A DNA stretch of 63,996 nt, the filler included, from Dirinaria sp. TL-2023a (lineage: Eukaryota): NCBI GenBank assembly GCA_051941275.1. It is 4 parts of 4 records of this genome, joined end to end, with 100 filler letters (N's around TTAATTAATTAA, not from the genome) between each part and the next. Parts side by side here need not be neighbours in the genome. Positions count along the whole stretch, not along the records: positions 49,589 to 63,996 come from JAVEBF010000608.1; 3 more parts are not named here. The stretch is one strand, 5' to 3'. Shown one piece after another: positions 62,140 through 63,996 of this stretch. The notes below the pieces were generated by a model, which saw nothing but the letters and a program-made list of their open reading frames with translations, did not search any database and was not told the origin of the DNA. The first letter of the stretch is position 1, and each line of letters opens with the position of its first letter. Made by a program: the position numbers and the translations under genes.

Positions 62140-63543
62140 ATGGATCCCCTTGTTCCAGAGACCAAGGTGCTTGCCATTGCTAGCCATGTAGGACTTCGCA
62201 TAGCGCGTCACGCCCGTGGTCGCAATGGCTGACAGAATCCAAGGTTGTCTATGGGTGAGTCGTACATCGACGGCCGGACAGCTTGAAGCTAGGTGCTGTA
62301 ATGACCTTGAGCCTGACTCGATCTAGACATGTGGGAAACACAATGGCGGCTTTTGTCATGCAGGCCCTAGGCTGTGACGTCGCTGCTTTGAATACTGTGC
62401 ACTTCAGTATGCTTACATACCCTACGCTCTAAGCTGTACATGCAATGGACAGATATCCAAAGCTCCAGCCTGCTGATTGAAGATAGGTAATCACACCGGC
62501 TACAAGCAATTCAAGGGCACCAAGGCATCCACAGAAGATATTCTTGAGATATATAATGGGCTAAAACAAAGTTATTTAACCGACTTCGATATGATGCTCT
62601 CTGGTTATGCACCCAGCGCTGAAGCCGTCGATGCCATCGGCTCCATTGGTAGGGATCTCAAATTGAAGGCATCGACCAAGACAGGCTCCTTCTTCTGGGG
62701 TGAGCATACTTCCGTAGCATGTATCCGTTCCGGCAATTTACAATGTCTAGTACTGGATCCGGTGATGGGAGATGAAGGTCGACTCTACGTCAGCGATGCC
62801 GTCGTGCCAGCGTACAAGGCTTTACTTCGCGACGCCGATCTTATCCTTCCAAACCAATTCGAAGCCGAGTAAGCAAGCAGACAAGCACATGAAACGTCAT
62901 CTAGGTCCCAAGCTCATTCCAAAATAGACTACTTTCCGGTACCACTATTGACTCTCTCAAGACTCTAGGTGAGGCCATCACCAAGCTCCACAAGACTCAC
63001 CGGCTTCCACATATTGTTGTTACTTCGGTTCGCTTCGATCCTTCCTCACCCACCATCTCAGTAGTTGGCTCTACTATGCGTGCGGATGGTTCGCCTCGGC
63101 TCTTCAAAGTGGACGTCCCTGCCATCGACTGTTTTTTCAGCGGGACAGGAGACATGTTCGCCGCCTTAATCCTAGTCCATTTGCGTAATGCTATCATGGA
63201 AACAGAGTTGGTTGGCAAGAAGGCCTGGGTATCTCCGGATGACGTCGAAGCGACCGATCTCCCGTTAGCAAAGGCTGTGGAGAAAGTGTTGACTAGCATG
63301 CAAGCCGTATTAGAGAAGACGAAGATGGCAAGAGATAAGGCTCTCGAAGGGATGGGAGGGCCGTTAGGGACTCTGGAGAAAGAGAAAGATAGCGTGAAGA
63401 GATTACATCTCAGGAAGACAAAGGCGGCAGAGGTACAGATCGTGAGGAATCTCGCTGATCTACGAGAGCCACACGTCATCTACCGAGCCAAAGCATTAAA
63501 TGGTGGTGCTGAGAGCACTGAACGTGTAGAAGGAGACTCATAA
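62140..63543 (+). CDS. BUD16: Pyridoxal kinase (Bud16-like); exons 62140-62187, 62244-62254, 62327-62406, 62487-62699, 62751-62867, 62928-63543
   Basis: VLAIASH|VVYG|HVGN, NTVHF|SNHTGY, LSGY, VLDPVMGDEG, LILPNQFEAE and FSGTGDMFAAL. Confidence 0.93.
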
Positions 63544-63737
63544 GGAACCCATGATGTTGCTGTGGCGAACGAAAAAGAGAGTGTGAGCGAGGAAGGCCAA
63601 AAGAGCCTCGAGTCATTCCACAGCAGCGAGACAGACACAGAGATAGTCCACAATAAATGATGAAGTACATAGATATCTTCAAATCTGTCATCCCAGTCAC
63701 AATCCGAGCGATTATTATTATACATAGTCCTCGTTAT

Positions 63738-63985
63738 CTATCCGGTACTCCCGAACCCGCCAGCGCCTCGCACACTCTCCTCCAGCTCCTCCACGACTTG
63801 GATTTCCGGGGTATAGATCTGGATTCGGTGGAAGCGAGCAGTTATTTTTGATCAGCCACTTTTGCTTGTTTTGTTCCACAAAAAAAAACGATTAAGAAAA
63901 GAAAAAAAAAGGGGGGGGGGATGGTTGTTTGGTTGAAAACTCACTCTTTCCAGCACCAATTGCGCCACTCGATCCCCTTCCTTCA
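63738..63985 (-). CDS. DUT1: dUTP diphosphatase, 3' exons only (63985-63945, 63818-63738); gene continues beyond the window
   Basis: Spliced [40 protein letters not shown] contains dUTPase motifs 4 and 5. Donor GTGAGT, acceptor TCCAG. Confidence 0.92.
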
Positions 63986-63996
63986 CTGTATAATAG

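Overview
This is fungal (Pezizomycotina-type ascomycete) nuclear DNA with mostly short (about 50 nt) GT-AG introns. It consists of four contig pieces joined by artificial 100-nt spacers (44 N + TTAATTAATTAA + 44 N) at 16432, 32961 and 49489. Piece 1 is a 3'-truncated tetramodular NRPS (A-T-E-C-A-T-C-A-T-C-A-T-E*-C) whose two ORFs are joined by a 48-nt intron. Piece 2 holds a large low-complexity protein that can be spliced in frame into the next ORF, SED5, VAM7, a Gly/His-repeat orphan, a PEP2/SnoaL-like gene and an aldo-keto reductase. Piece 3 holds a nitronate monooxygenase, taxilin, CYM1, a CFEM membrane protein, PRP39, a Cys/His orphan and ATG5. Piece 4 holds PHO13, YTA7, vezatin, PCNA, BUD16 and the 3' end of dUTPase. 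The most interesting signals are the NRPS with a degenerate second epimerase, a candidate poison exon in PRP39 intron 3, the stop-versus-splice fusion at 19032-19311, islands of C-to-G skew with expanded introns, and a TAAGGTA/TACCTTA motif clustered in intergenic regions. All calls come from reading motifs by eye; no database searches were run.
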